Shown: positions 63,794-64,000 of the stretch, in pieces
Numbering within the stretch: the stretch's first letter is position 1
How the letters are laid out: each line of letters opens with the position of its first letter
Origin: a virus
Taxonomy: Duplodnaviria > Caudoviricetes
Strand: one strand, 5' to 3'
DNA: 64,000 bases
IMG/VR virus record: IMGVR_UViG_3300032305_001732
Coordinates: 1 to 64,000 of that record
Made by a program: the position numbers and the translations under genes
The notes under the pieces: generated by a model
The model's database searches: none
What the model saw: the letters and a program-made list of their open reading frames with translations, nothing else
Told to the model about the DNA's origin: nothing

Positions 63794-64000
63794 ATGGACT
63801 CAAACGCCGTAGACAAATTTGCTGGATTGTTTGCCAAATGCGCGGCAGCGGGTGATCGGGAACCGCTGCGTAAAGAAGCTGCGGCGCAATCATTGGTAAA
63901 AGAAGCGATTACAGCTACGCAACTTTTAATGCCGTTAGGCGGTGCGGCTCTCGGCGGCGCTGCGGGTTATTTAGGTACGGATAATGAAAAGCGAAAATTG
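63794..64000 (+). CDS. Putative virion protein, N-terminal part (3'-truncated by window edge)
   Basis: MDSNAVDKFAGLFAKCAAA...RKEAAA...VKEAIT...LGGAALGGAAGYLG; AAGGA RBS. Confidence 0.75.
   Translation, partial: MDSNAVDKFAGLFAKCAAAGDREPLRKEAAAQSLVKEAITATQLLMPLGGAALGGAAGYLGTDNEKRKL

Noticed and set aside
1-64000. Stop-codon reassignment (alternative genetic code)
   Set aside because: Long conserved genes (RNAP, helicase, PhoH, actin) are intact in code 11; genes end in TAA, TAG and TGA; no suppressor tRNA seen

Overview
This window is 64 kb of a large, tailed dsDNA phage genome (jumbo/huge-phage-like). Almost every gene is on the + strand, in the standard genetic code. All calls were made by eye from the sequence and the ORF track; no database or folding program was run. 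(1) Bases 1-13,250 are an accessory/early region. It holds the 3' end of thymidine kinase, many small hypothetical genes, a free-standing PD-(D/E)XK endonuclease and three recognisable tRNAs (Leu-TAA, Val-TAC, Leu-TAG). It also holds several unusual RNAs: a cloverleaf with a Lys(UUU) anticodon loop on an Ala-identity (G3.U70) acceptor, an Ile tRNA with two anticodon arms (UAU and GAU), a second enlarged tRNA mimic with a Lys(UUU) loop, and a ~470-nt ornate ncRNA with its own promoter. Three repeated regulatory elements punctuate it: GCTA(A/C)AT-N15-GG(C/T)ATAT(T/A)A x5, TCTTTGTAGNTCGATAYYAAA x4 and a terminator+GCTATCAG cassette x4. (2) Bases 13,300-46,650 carry virion/structural and auxiliary genes: LamG and tail-fibre proteins, a trypsin-like, an MMP-like and a papain-like protease, an SNF2-type helicase, PhoH, a ferritin-like protein, tRNA-Ser, methyl/glycosyltransferases, a GIY-YIG endonuclease, a salactin/MamK-like actin, a ~220-nt structured RNA, holin-like proteins and a 2H-phosphoesterase polyprotein. 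(3) Bases 46,670-53,950 encode a multisubunit RNA polymerase with an unusual split: beta fused to the N-terminal half of beta', and beta'-C separate. (4) Bases 54,000-64,000 carry more structural and tail-fibre genes. Many putative virion proteins are studded with K-x-A motifs that fall at domain junctions, which suggests a dedicated proteolytic maturation or polyprotein system. The strongest candidates for novel biology are the family of remodelled tRNA-like RNAs, the large ncRNA and the K-x-A processing system.
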